NCBI GenBank assembly: GCA_030141605.1
Contig: JAQGDQ010000635.1
Location: 1-64,000 of the forward strand
DNA from: Tubiluchus corallicola
Lineage: Eukaryota; Animalia; Priapulida
DNA: 64,000 nt
Direction of reading: 5' to 3'
Made by a program: the position numbers and the translations under genes. How positions within the stretch are numbered: the stretch's first letter is position 1; every line of letters begins with the position of its first letter. Below are positions 23,505 through 35,080 of this stretch, piece after piece. Below the pieces are notes generated by a model. The model did not search any database and was not told where the DNA came from. It saw only the letters and a list, made by a program, of their open reading frames with translations.

Positions 23505-23997
23505 CGTAGGACCTGTAAACAATGAAACAATCTACTGTATCACACTGAAGTCATCGTAGGACTTGTAAACAATGAAACAATCTACTGTATCACACTGAAG
23601 TCATCGTAGGACCTGTAAACAACGAAACAATCTACTGTATCACACTGAAGTCATCGTAGGCCCTGTAAACAATGAAACAATCTACTGTATCACACTGAAG
23701 TCATCGTAAGCCCTGTAAACAATGAAACAATCTACTGTATCACACTGAAGTCATCGTAGGACCTGTAAACAGTGAAACAATCTACTGTATCACACTGAAG
23801 TCATCGTAGGACCTGTAAAGAATGAAACAATCTACTGCATCACATTGAATTCATCGTAGGACCTGTAAACAATGAAACAATCTACTGTATCACACTGAAG
23901 TCATCGTAGGACCTGTAAACAATGAAACAATCTACTGTATCACACTGAAGTCATCGTAGGACCTGTAAACAATGAAACAATCTACTGTATCACACTG
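23498..23997. repeat. Minisatellite, 10 x 50 bp, overlapping the splice acceptor and ATG of the minus-strand gene
   Basis: TCATCGTAGG (one copy TCATCGTAAG) recurs every 50 bp from 23501 to 23951. Confidence 0.95.
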
Positions 23998-24454
23998 TAC
24001 AGGGCTAATAAAAACACAGCAAACGTACGAATTTGTTCAACAAACATCTTAAAGCTTATCATTATTTTTGATCTACCCTGTATTCATATTAGAAAACCAT
24101 CCCTCAATCTTGCTCATGTCTACAAATATAATTCATATCAGTCATGCGCTCGTGGCATGTGCGTCACGAACGTTAAAAAACGGTCAACAAAAGTTTAGCA
24201 ATGAGTGAGCAGTAACTCAACAGCACGGAGTGTCCCAAACAGGAATGATCCCGCCTTGACCTAAAAAAAATGCAGGTGGTAAACCGTGCAATTGCTCGTA
24301 TATCAACAGACTCTGCTTTTACTACCTGTTAGAGTTGCTTATCTTACGAACTCAGAAATCTAGCAATGCTGACACAAAAGATACAAAAACAGTCACTGCA
24401 AATGTAGCGTTCGCTCTGGGAAGTCGCCGAATCCCTAAACAGAATTAAAGTAAA

Positions 24455-24881
24455 ACAATTTGGTTAAAGTTAAAGTCTATTTATTCTTGTGGTTAATGCT
24501 GCTTGATGATTATTGTTGTTTATTGCGTGGCGAGTGAGGTAGTCACGATGGGCATGGCAAACTATCAAGACTTTATTTAATAAACTACACATGTATTAAA
24601 GATCACACAACACGGAAACATAAGAGGATAGTAATGCCAGCCCTCCGTCAGTTCCTAATCTCTCTCGAGGTGCGGGCCTTGAAGACGGAGGGCTGGCATT
24701 ACTATCCCCATATATTTACCGCGTTGTGTTTGGTATTTAATAAATGTGTAGTTTATTAAAGAAAGTCTTGATAGTTTGCCATGCCTATCGTGGCTAGCTC
24801 ACACGTCACGCAATAAACAACAATAATCAGCAAGCAGCATTAACCACAAGACTAAATAGACTTTAACTTTAACCAAATTGT
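24455..24881. repeat. Long inverted repeat (arms ~195 bp, loop ~33 bp)
   Basis: Left arm ACAATTTGGTTAAAG...GCCAGCCCTCCGTC is the reverse complement of GACGGAGGGCTGGC...CTTTAACCAAATTGT, with scattered mismatches. Confidence 0.95.
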
Positions 24882-25339
24882 CACGTAGTGCCACACCTAA
24901 CTTGGCTTCTATCCACGACGATAGTTTAATCTTGCATCGTCAAGCATTTAATCTTGCATTATTAATTTAATAATTTAATCATCAATTTAATCAAAACCAT
25001 TATTTAACACAGGTTTCCTTTACTATTATTAACGCATTACGCATTAATCAATTTACGAATTAATTAATGCATAGAACGAGTAGTTACAGCATAACAGGGG
25101 TCTGTAGAAGGTTGAACGCCACACGACAAAACAGTGGAAGAGCGTGCTGCGGATGCGACCTGTATTTAGAACAAATGTAGTTTCCGTATCCTTACTATGG
25201 ATATTGCAGCATAATATGAGGTAATACGTATGCAAACACTTTAGAAAGATTATTAAACGTTCAAAAAGGGGTCACTCGTTGCATGACCAAGATGTTTTGA
25301 AGTAAACACCAAGTTTTGATGCTTAGCGCACACATAAAT

Positions 25340-26300
25340 TGTCACTGGTAAAAAAGTCACAGGGAAAAAAGTCACTGGTAAAAAGTCACTGGTAAAAAAG
25401 TCACTGGGAAAAAAGTCACAGGTAAAAAAGTCACAGGTAAAAAAGTCACAGGTAAAAAAGTCACAGGTAAAATAGTAACAGGTAAAAAGTCACAGGTAAA
25501 AAAGTCACAGGTAAAAAAGTCGCAGGTAAAAAAAGTCACAGGTAAAAAGTCACAGGTAAAAAAGTCACAGGTAAAAAAGTCACAGGTAAAATAGTAACAG
25601 GTAAAAAGTCACAGGTAAAAAAGTCACAGGTAAAAAAGTCGCAGGTAAAAAAGCCGCAGGTAAAAAAGTCACAGGGAAAAAGTCATAGGTAAAAAAGTCA
25701 CAGGTAAAAAGTCACTGGTAAAAAAGTCACAGGTAAAAAGTCAATGGTAAAAAAGTCACTGGGAAAAAAGTCACAGGTAAAATAGTAACAGGTAAAAAGT
25801 CACAGGTAAAAAAGTCACAGGTAAAAAAGTCGCAGGTAAAAAAGCCGCAGGTAAAAAAGTCACAGGTAAAATAGTCACAGGTAAAAAGTCACAGGGAAAA
25901 AAGTCATAGGTAAAAAAGTCACAGGTAAAAAGTCACTGGTAAAAAAGTCACAGGTAAAAAGTCAATGGTAAAAAAGTCACTGGTAAAAAAGTCACAGGTA
26001 AAAAATGTCACAGGTAAAAAAGTCACTGGTAAAATAGTAACAGGTAAAAAGTCACAGGTAAAAAAGTCAGGTAAAAAAGTCGCAGGTAAAAAAGCCGCAG
26101 GTAAAACGGTCACAGGTAAAATAGTCACAGGTAAAAAAGTCACAAGTAAAAGGTCACAGGTAAAAAAGTCACTGGTAAAGAAGTTACAGGTAAAAAAGTC
26201 ACTGGTAAAAAAAGTCACAGGTAAAAAGTCACTGGCAAAAAAGTCACGGGTAAAAAAGTCACAGGGAAAAAGTCACAGGGAAAAAACTCACAGGAAAAAA
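25340..26300. repeat. ~14-15 bp tandem array (GGTAAAAAAGTCACA)n
   Basis: Read directly; inverted copies of the motif (GTGACTTTTT) at ~26380-26440 suggest subterminal repeats of a foldback-type element. Confidence 0.9.
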
Positions 26301-27599
26301 AGCATTGAAAAAAGAAACAACCCTAACACTAAGTTAATCCTAACTCTCAACCAACCCTAAACACCACTCTCGCCAACACGTGACTTTTTTCCTTGCCAAA
26401 ACTGTATTTTTCAGTGACTTTTTCTCGTGACTTTATTACCGATCATCATTAATCTTACGTGACATTGTTTAGTCACTACGGTTGCCTATCAGTCACGTTT
26501 GGGCCTCCAATGCATCGTGTGATCGTAGCAGATGCATAAGCTCTTCAAGGCACGAAGTGCCAAAGTCCAACATCGACCGTTAGGGCACCCTCACGAAATT
26601 GAAGCGATGAAAGCACCACTAGCAGCTGAACGGTAGGTAAAGTAAACAAACGCGTTCCGAATAAAATTTCATTTACGACGTGTAATGGAGAGAGTACAGT
26701 GACCCACGGGTTGGAAAAGCACTGGCGAAACGTAGAAAATGCTCTAACACGTGCTTAGTACGTGTTTTGTTGGGGTAACACATGAACACAGGTCAAAGAC
26801 TTGAGTTATTTTGAACGATAGACCATATAGTTTTATCGAAGTTTGTGTAATTTGACATAATATAGTCATATTAAATATCGGGTGGCCCCAAAAAAAACGT
26901 GCAGAAGCTTTGATCACGATATTATGAAAAGAAGAAAACGAAATCGCTGGAAAATTGTAACAATAATGTTACAGATGATTGTGTAGAACATCCAAAATTT
27001 TCCGTTATTTCGCTACAGATACAGTATTCTTAAAACAATCAGTCAAAAGTAAAATTAATGTCGAAAAAAATTTCGTGTCACCACTGCTAAGATTTACAGC
27101 AAGTGCTCCATGTGTCCACCATTTTTGCTGTAAACTTGACGAAGGCATTTACTCCAACAGCTGATATAGTTTCTCACATCTTTAAATAGCAATCAGTAAT
27201 TTTTGCCTTTAGTTCTTCTGCATCAAACAGCTCTGTGCCCGGGCCTTGTACACTGAAGATCACGATGCAAATGTGCTTGACGCGAAAGGGAAGACGCCTG
27301 CCATTGCACAAACTGTGGTTAGTTTCTGACGTAAGCAGTAGCTGCGTTCGGTTGCGGTTAATTTACTTTCTAAGCTAATTATTCAAATATACGAAACAAT
27401 TGCTAACTTTTATAGGCAAGAACATGTATATTTTGGACAGCAAATTAAAATGAGGTTGAGTCTAAACAATCGTCCGGTTTTCATTTAATGTACCCGCGCG
27501 CCCTTGCCTGTCTAGTGATTCAAATGGATGCGGGATATCATGGATGGCTTCTCTTGTACTGCATCTTGTACTTATCTTCTTTTGCGGGTTATGCGTGCA

Positions 27600-28216
27600 G
27601 GAGAGGTATACATGACTTTAGGTAGGTTCAATTCTACTTAAAGGAGAAGTACATAACTTTAGGTAGGTTCAATTCTACTAAAAGGAGAAGTACATAACTT
27701 TAGGTAGGTTCAATTCTACTTAAAGGAGAAGTACATAACTTTAGGTAGGTTCAATTCTACTAAAAGGAGAAGTACATAACTTTAGGTAGGTTCAATTCTA
27801 CTTAAAGGAGAAGTACATAACTTTAGGTAGGTTCAATTCTACTTAAAGGAGAAGTACATAACTTTAGGTAGGTTCAATTCTACTAAAAGGAGAAGTACAT
27901 AACTTTAGGTAGGTTCAATTCTACTTAAAGGAGAAGTACATAACTTTAGGTAGGTTCAATTATACTAAAAGGAGAAGTACATAACTTTAGGTAGTTTCAA
28001 TTCTACTTAAAGGAGAAGTACATAACTTTAGGTAGGTTCAATTCTACTTAAAGGAGAAGTGCATAACTTTAGGTAGGTTCAATTCTACTTGAAGGAGAAG
28101 TACATAACTTTAGGTAGATTCAATTCTACTTAAAGGAGATGTACATGACTTTAGGTAGGTTCAATTCTACTTAAAGGAGATGTACATAACTTTAGGTAGG
28201 TTCAATTCTACTTAAA
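27600..28216. repeat. Minisatellite, ~15 x 41 bp
   Basis: Unit GAGAAGTACATAACTTTAGGTAGGTTCAATTCTACTTAAAG. Confidence 0.95.
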
Positions 28217-29430
28217 GAAGAAGAACAAGGAATTTCAATGTACAGCATGTCTCAAAAACATTCCATACAAAGTTATATAATTTTGCATTACTCTTACCTG
28301 TTTGAAAAGCATATGTGACTGAAGAAGAAAATATTTTAATAATTCAAAATTTTCGCGCCACCTGATAAAACGTCACTGTGTCACTATCCCAGCGTGTACC
28401 AAAAACACGTATTAGAATGTTATTTACAAGTCAAAGTAATTTATCACTTTGCATAGTTAGTGAACTGTCCACAACGAATTATCTGATTTATTATTCTCCA
28501 TTTCATGTATCAGTATCATAATTCACTACTTCCACCAGCTTTTCAGTCATACTTTAGTCAAGTTTCAAATCAACATGATCATTTACACAAGATATTCAGT
28601 CGAAAACTATGTACTCCCCCTTCCAAAAACAAATATAATGAAACAGTCGTCAAAATATAATGCTATTAAAATATGGTCATCAATTCCGCATGAAATGACA
28701 ACTCTTAGTCTTTATCAGCTTAAAAAAGCATCAAAGAATTACTTACTACAATGGGATAATTAACTCACAATTTTACTCATCCTGATCTTAAGTTACTGAC
28801 AAAACTTATTTTGTTCTAATGTACGTTATAACTGATGAAAATGTAATGTTAATTGTCAATTGTTTCACTTATCTGGAGGAGGACTCGAAAGCACAATGCT
28901 CCTTCCTCCTCCTCACAGTAACTCGCATAGTTTTTTTTTTCAATGTTATATCAATTTATATGTATGTTTGAGTTGCTGTGGAATAAATTCATAATTCAAA
29001 TAGTTGATTATTTTTTCGATGTTGTTTAAACTTCTTTCAAACAACTTACCGTTTCAATGGCTGTGCAAAAAAGCACCACGCAGGTAAAACAAGATTTCAA
29101 CACGTATTTTTAGCTTTACGAAAAGAATGCCTTTTCTTGTGCTTTAACAATTATAAAGGTAACGTTGACAATTTCAAGTCAACATAAATCACAGCTTTCA
29201 CAGCTAAACAGAAGTTTATTGACCCACTTCCGGTGTGTGATGACCTGAAGTTAAAGAGCCATGTGTGGTGTCTTGTTACTAAGCAATTTTGACGGATATC
29301 CTCGCACGGATAGAGCATGAACTAAACATTCTGCAGGTTTTATATCATAAACTTGCAGAAATTACGACCACGACAAATTTTACAATCTACACAGATACCA
29401 ACAAAGTTAAATCACAAGAAAAACTCTTAT

Positions 29431-29884
29431 CCCTTTCAGTCCCAAATTATTTTTTAATAAGAAAACATTTTTTGGCTTGGTACTTTTTTTCAGTATGTCC
29501 ATCTTGTTTACACATAATTATTTTTTCTACCTGTGCCCGCGTGCTAAATATAGCCTGTATCCCACGGGATACATTGGGATTCAATGGAAGCATAAAATGT
29601 TCTTCATTTTGCAACTGCGGATAATTTTTTAAAGTATTTAAGACATTTAGTATGCATACTATACTGATCTGTACAAAGTCGTCTCTAAAGTACTGTACCT
29701 TGCGCAGTTTTTTATGCTATGTAGATTTTCTAGTTTGCCATTTTATCGCCATTTTAGTCTATTGTCATTGGCTTAAATTAAAATAACTATTAACAGATCA
29801 AATAACTGTCAGTTTTAAAATTTTATTAATTTTAAAGGCAGAAAATATTCTTGTATCCCACGGGATACAACGGGTATGAAAGGG
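29431..29884. mobile_element. piggyBac-type MITE
   Basis: CCCTTTCA...TGAAAGGG termini, TTAT/TTAA flanks; sister copy at 33199-33634; inverted fragment at ~15760-15921. Confidence 0.85.
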
Positions 29885-32800
29885 TTAATAAACAAGGCTT
29901 AAGTAATTCGTCTCGAAATTTTATATCACTTACATGCTGTCTTACTGCATACGTGGGTTGCGCTAGCAGCAACGCAGTTTAAACATTGTAAATTTAAATG
30001 CCTGCAATGACCGTTAGTCTCGCAGCCGTTTTAACGGCAATTCGCTTGAAACAAGTTTATGTAAGATTGCATAAAGTTTGAAAACATAATCAGAGCATTC
30101 GTAACACACTGTTTAAAGCAAGCAAAAGTTTAAATTACTTTATATTGTCAGTAAGATCAAATAATGTGTTTTGGTGAACCAGTGGTGCACACTTGGATGG
30201 CTGTGCTGTATCTTTTTACCAGTATTTTAAATTATTAAGAATTTCCTTTGCAAATTACATACGTTTTTTAAGCGGGTAGCGTCAAAAAACGAACTAACTA
30301 GGCCTATAATATATTAGCAGGGGTACAAAATGGTTATGTGTAAGGTCACAGCCTTTCATTAGTCAAACAGGCCTATAATAAAGGCTAAACATTCTATACA
30401 GAGAGACTTAATGATATTCCAGTTTGCGCAGACCTATAATGGGACTGATCAGGGACTAAATTTTCTAATATATATAAGGTACTTTGCAATATCTTAGACT
30501 GATAGTCACCTCACATTCAGATAACCTATTTAAAATTGGTGAATTTTATCACTAATCGCCCACAAGGTGAAGAGAAACGAACTCAAAAAATGGCTTTTAA
30601 AAAGCTTTGTAGACCGTTAAGGAATACACATTCTTTAAAGGATATGAAAGATTCTTCATATCCTACTTTTTGACGTTCCTATACTAATGACAAAGTATTT
30701 CTGTTAATTAAATAATAGGTTTAAAACTTAATTAACGGCAGACGTGCCAAAGTAGTGATGACGTCACAAATGAACATAATTTTCAACAACACAACTATTC
30801 CACGAGCGTGTTGCACGTGTTTGTGAAAGCAAAAATTGAAGTGCAGTGCTACTGTACATTCGCTGTGATTTCCAAATTTAAATTTCAAGTTTACTGCTGT
30901 GCTCTTGCACAGCTCTCGAACGCGTGCACCATGTCACAACTGAACACATCTGAAAACATTTTTTGTGCAATGCATTTCCAAGATGTAGGCGCTAGTGCCC
31001 GTTTAACTAGCGGATGCCGAAATGCAATATAAATGAACGAAAAATTACCATTCTGAGCTCTTGTAAACGTGCTTTCATCAATAAATTATAAATTATAAAT
31101 TATTTGAAAACTTAATAAATGAGAAGTGTATCTTACGAGAATAGGAAATTAGGACTCGATCTACTCTGTAAGTTTGACACTGTTTTAGTTTTAACCACAC
31201 TGTATAGCAGCCACATTCCTCCTTACCTGTACGCTGTCATGTAAATCAAGTCACATCATCACACCAAAAATGTTTCGTTTTTTCTTACTGACTGCCCACT
31301 TCTGTTACTTCCGCAATAAAAGACGATAAGGCAGCCTAACCGTGCATTCAGACCGGCGAGTTTTCTGTCGCACATTACTAATTACACAGACTCAACTTTC
31401 ATCTACCCCCGCCCCTGACTCCATAAAACGATTAAAAATGTAAAATTTTAAAAAAAATGTAATGTAATACGTGTTATGTCAGTTTTGTAATGTCAAATGT
31501 ATAGATAGTGGAAATGTAATGAATGAAATTTATGCAATGTAAAGCATGTTTCTGTTAATTGTGTCATGTCAAATGTATATATAGTGTAAAATAGGTCATG
31601 TAAAATGTAATGTGCTTTTGTAATGTTGTTTTGTAAAAATATTTTAATATTGTGTTTGTAAATATGTTCATTTATTGTATATAATTAGGCCTTAGTTTTG
31701 CACTTGAGTTTTTTTTAGTCTGCACTGGACGCATTTGTCTTGAACAGTGTTGTTATTTTAACATTACGTTGAGGATTACTCAATTTTATTATAATGAGTG
31801 AACCATTTTAATGACAAATAAAGAATTAATATATATACATATTCACACTGTTAGTGTGAACTAATTTGCGAGTTATCGCCGGCAAATTATTGCACTCTCT
31901 CGTACAGTTACCGTTGGCCAATTATTGCACTACATCGTACAGTTACCGCTGGCAAATTATTACACTCTCTTGTACAGTTACCGTTACTGTCTAGTGTGAA
32001 CGCCTCGGCGAGTTACTCTCAAAACTTCTTGCGGTAAATAGAGTAGCGAGTATCAACACGCGCTTACTTTTGGTAGGAGAATAACTCGTGGCAAGTTTTG
32101 CTAAACACGCTTGTGAGTAACTCTCGACAGTTCTCACAGCGAATAGAGAACTGAGTGTTAACTCACGCTTACTGTAGGAGAGTAACTCGTAGCAAATTTT
32201 ATTAAACATGCTTTGTGAGTTACTCTCGACAGTTCTCACGGCGAATAGAGAACTGAGTGTTAACTCACGCTTACTGTCGGAGAGTAACTCGTAGCAAGTT
32301 TTGCTAAACACGCTTGCTAGTTACTTGGCGAAAAACCTCTAGTCTAAACGCGCAGCAATACCGAAAATCACCATTACCAACGCAGCACAAATAATCACTT
32401 GATGTAGCGAAAATTGATGAATTTTTGTCGATTAATTTTGGTCGTGAATCGCCCTATCACGAGCGCATGTTCTTCGAATCACAGGGGGAAGTGAAGCGCC
32501 ATCATTATACAAGCGCGCCAAGATTTCAAAAACTTCATCACAACATTGGATTAGTGTCTCGTTTCTCTTTTGCAATTCAAAATTCGTAAATCGTTTGTGT
32601 GAGATTTTATTTTTATTATTCGCCCAAGGGTTTAAACTGACAGTATGTCTGGAGTCTAGGAATTCTTAGAGGTTCTGTAACTTGTGCACAGAATGTTCTG
32701 TATGTTTGAAAATGCAAAGAGACAAACGCTGCTAATATTCACCACTATACTTCTCTCACATACATTGAAATGTTACGAGTTTTTCTTGTCCTCCCAAAAG

Positions 32801-33198
32801 ACCCATAAATGAGTTTTCCTTACATTTTGAACCATGCAGTGCAACATAATTCAGAGCAACGTTGGTTTTGCAGCTAGGAAGAACATATTCAGTCTATCTT
32901 GTATCTTGTATCAGTTCAGTAACGAAAAGCGGCAACTCGCATACTGTTAAAAGAATAACACCAATCTTTTTTCCACCCAGCAGGGCCGAATTATGACCTT
33001 TCGGGGCCCTACGCTTATGAAATTATGGGCACGTCAAACGAAGATACCACCCTCTAACTCACTGCACACGTCTTGGGTTTGTTTTTACTCGTGATATACA
33101 TTAGCGACATTTACACAGCCTAAAATAAACTTATTGCAAATTCTTTAAATAAACTAGAATAGCCATGTTTTGTTTGTCAATCAAAACCGATCTTTTAA

Positions 33199-33634
33199 CC
33201 CTTTCAGTCCCAAATTATTTTTTTATTAAGAAAAAATTTTTTGGCTTGGTATTTTTGTTCCCAACGTATCCTGTGGGATACACAACATTCTTTGTCATAT
33301 GCAAAAAAACAAAGTCCGACTTTTTTAAAAACACAATAAAAGCAAAAATGTGCTTCATTTTGCAACTGCTGATAATTTTTTAAAGTATTTAAGACATTTA
33401 GTATGCACGCTATGCTGATCTGTACAAAGTCGTCTCTAAAGTACTGTACCTTGCTCAGATTTTATGCTATGTAGATTTTCTAGTTTGCCAATTTATCACC
33501 ATTTTAGTCTATTGTTATTGGCTTAAATCAAAATAACTATAAACAGATCAAATAACTGTCAGTTTTAAAATTTTATTAATTTTAAAGGCAGAAAATATTC
33601 TCGTATCCCACGGGATACAACGGGCATGAAAGGG
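33199..33634. mobile_element. piggyBac-type MITE (nested)
   Basis: TTAA|CCCTTTCA...TGAAAGGG|TTAA. Confidence 0.9.
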
Positions 33635-33776
33635 TTAAGAAATGCCACTATTTTATTATTTATGGCAAATGAAATTGGCAATTTTTTCAACACAATCGTA
33701 GTGAAAAAACTGATTCTTTGACAAATGTTAGCAAAGTTTGAAAGACCCTGGGCTACAGTCTATACACACATATAGG

Positions 33777-35080
33777 CAGGGCACTTTATTTATGACTTTA
33801 GTCATAAATTGCATAAATAGCTTATTTAATACTAATTTCAGATTTTATTTATGACTATTTATGACGTGTCAAATTTTGACCAAAAATGCCATCCTGAGCT
33901 AAAAGAAATACATATTTTTAATCAGAATCTTGTATTTTGCCTTTCTTCGTTCTTCATTACATTAAAATGTAATAAAAATGTCTACTTTCATCATTCCAAG
34001 GCCTGAAGTTTCTCGTATTGTTTTGCATGCAGGCATCCCTCCAGACTGAAATCCGTGATCGTGTTTATAATAATTATAGTATCGGTTTTAATTTGTTTAG
34101 GATGACCTATAAAATTACTGCTCATAAAAATCAATCTATTAATTAATTCGTACAGTCACAATTCGTAGCCACAATTAGTACAAGTAAATAATGTATTTTT
34201 TTAAATATCGATTTTAAATTTAATGTTGGAAAATACTATTGGCTATTACATCTTTCTAGGGAACCGTCACGTATGTTTTCTAATTAAAATTGCATTAAGC
34301 AAAATAACTAAACAAGAAAAACAGTTAAATTTTAATGACAATGAAGCAACAAATTCTCCCAAAGATAAAATATGCTCAAATTCTAGCAGACGGCATTATT
34401 CTTATTTCTTGAGGATGAGGCAGTAAGGCACGGGAAACGCTTGCGGCAAACTCGAGCTAAAACCTACACCCAAGCCATTGACTTACGCCGCTTAGGGGTG
34501 AGCATCGAAGTTCGGTTCGATTCGAATTCGAAAGTCACAAATTCGGTTCGATTCGAATTCGCTTTCTGGTAGAGAATGCTCACCCCTAACGCCGTTAGGA
34601 TGAGAAAGGCACTGAAATGAACGTGCAAAGAAAAGAATTAGAAGTGTAGATTTCTGTTATTGTGCAGAGCGTAGGTTTGAGGCGGTAGAACTTTAGGACA
34701 TTAAAATAGGTAAGCTGTCTTTAATTCAAATTTTCGATGGAACGACAACGATTCTGTCGGTGCCTATTTATTTTTTCGCGGTAACGCGCTCATTTACTTT
34801 TTATTATTTAGGTTGCTTCTAGACGAGTTAATGACAGATCAGTTAGACAGTCTCAGTTACTGTGTTAGTCCACCAAACAGTCACGCGCAAGCTTCTTATG
34901 GACTGCCTGTGTGTGAGGGAGAGAGAGAGAGAGACGGTGGAAACAGTTTTCTGTACTGAATTTTTTGTTCCATTCATCGGGAAATAATTCTTTTTCTTTC
35001 GTTATTTATGACAAATTTGAAATCTTATTTATGACTATTTATGACTATTTTGCAAGAAAAGTCATAAATAAAGTGCCCTG
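33777..35080. mobile_element. hAT-type non-autonomous element (nested)
   Basis: TIR CAGGGCACTTTATTTATGACTT (>=22 bp); perfect TSD CATATAGG. Confidence 0.92.
34493..34588. mobile_element. 96-bp hAT-type mini-MITE (doubly nested)
   Basis: TAGGGGTGAGCAT/ATGCTCACCCCTA TIRs; TSD ACGCCGCT/ACGCCGTT. Confidence 0.88.

Noticed and set aside
25919-26360. Lys-rich histone-H1-like ORF
   Set aside because: Product of the 14-15 bp tandem array, with frames shifting at A-run length changes.
27600-28216. CRISPR-length repeat units (also 39156-39560 and 23498-23997)
   Set aside because: Head-to-tail minisatellites without unique spacers.
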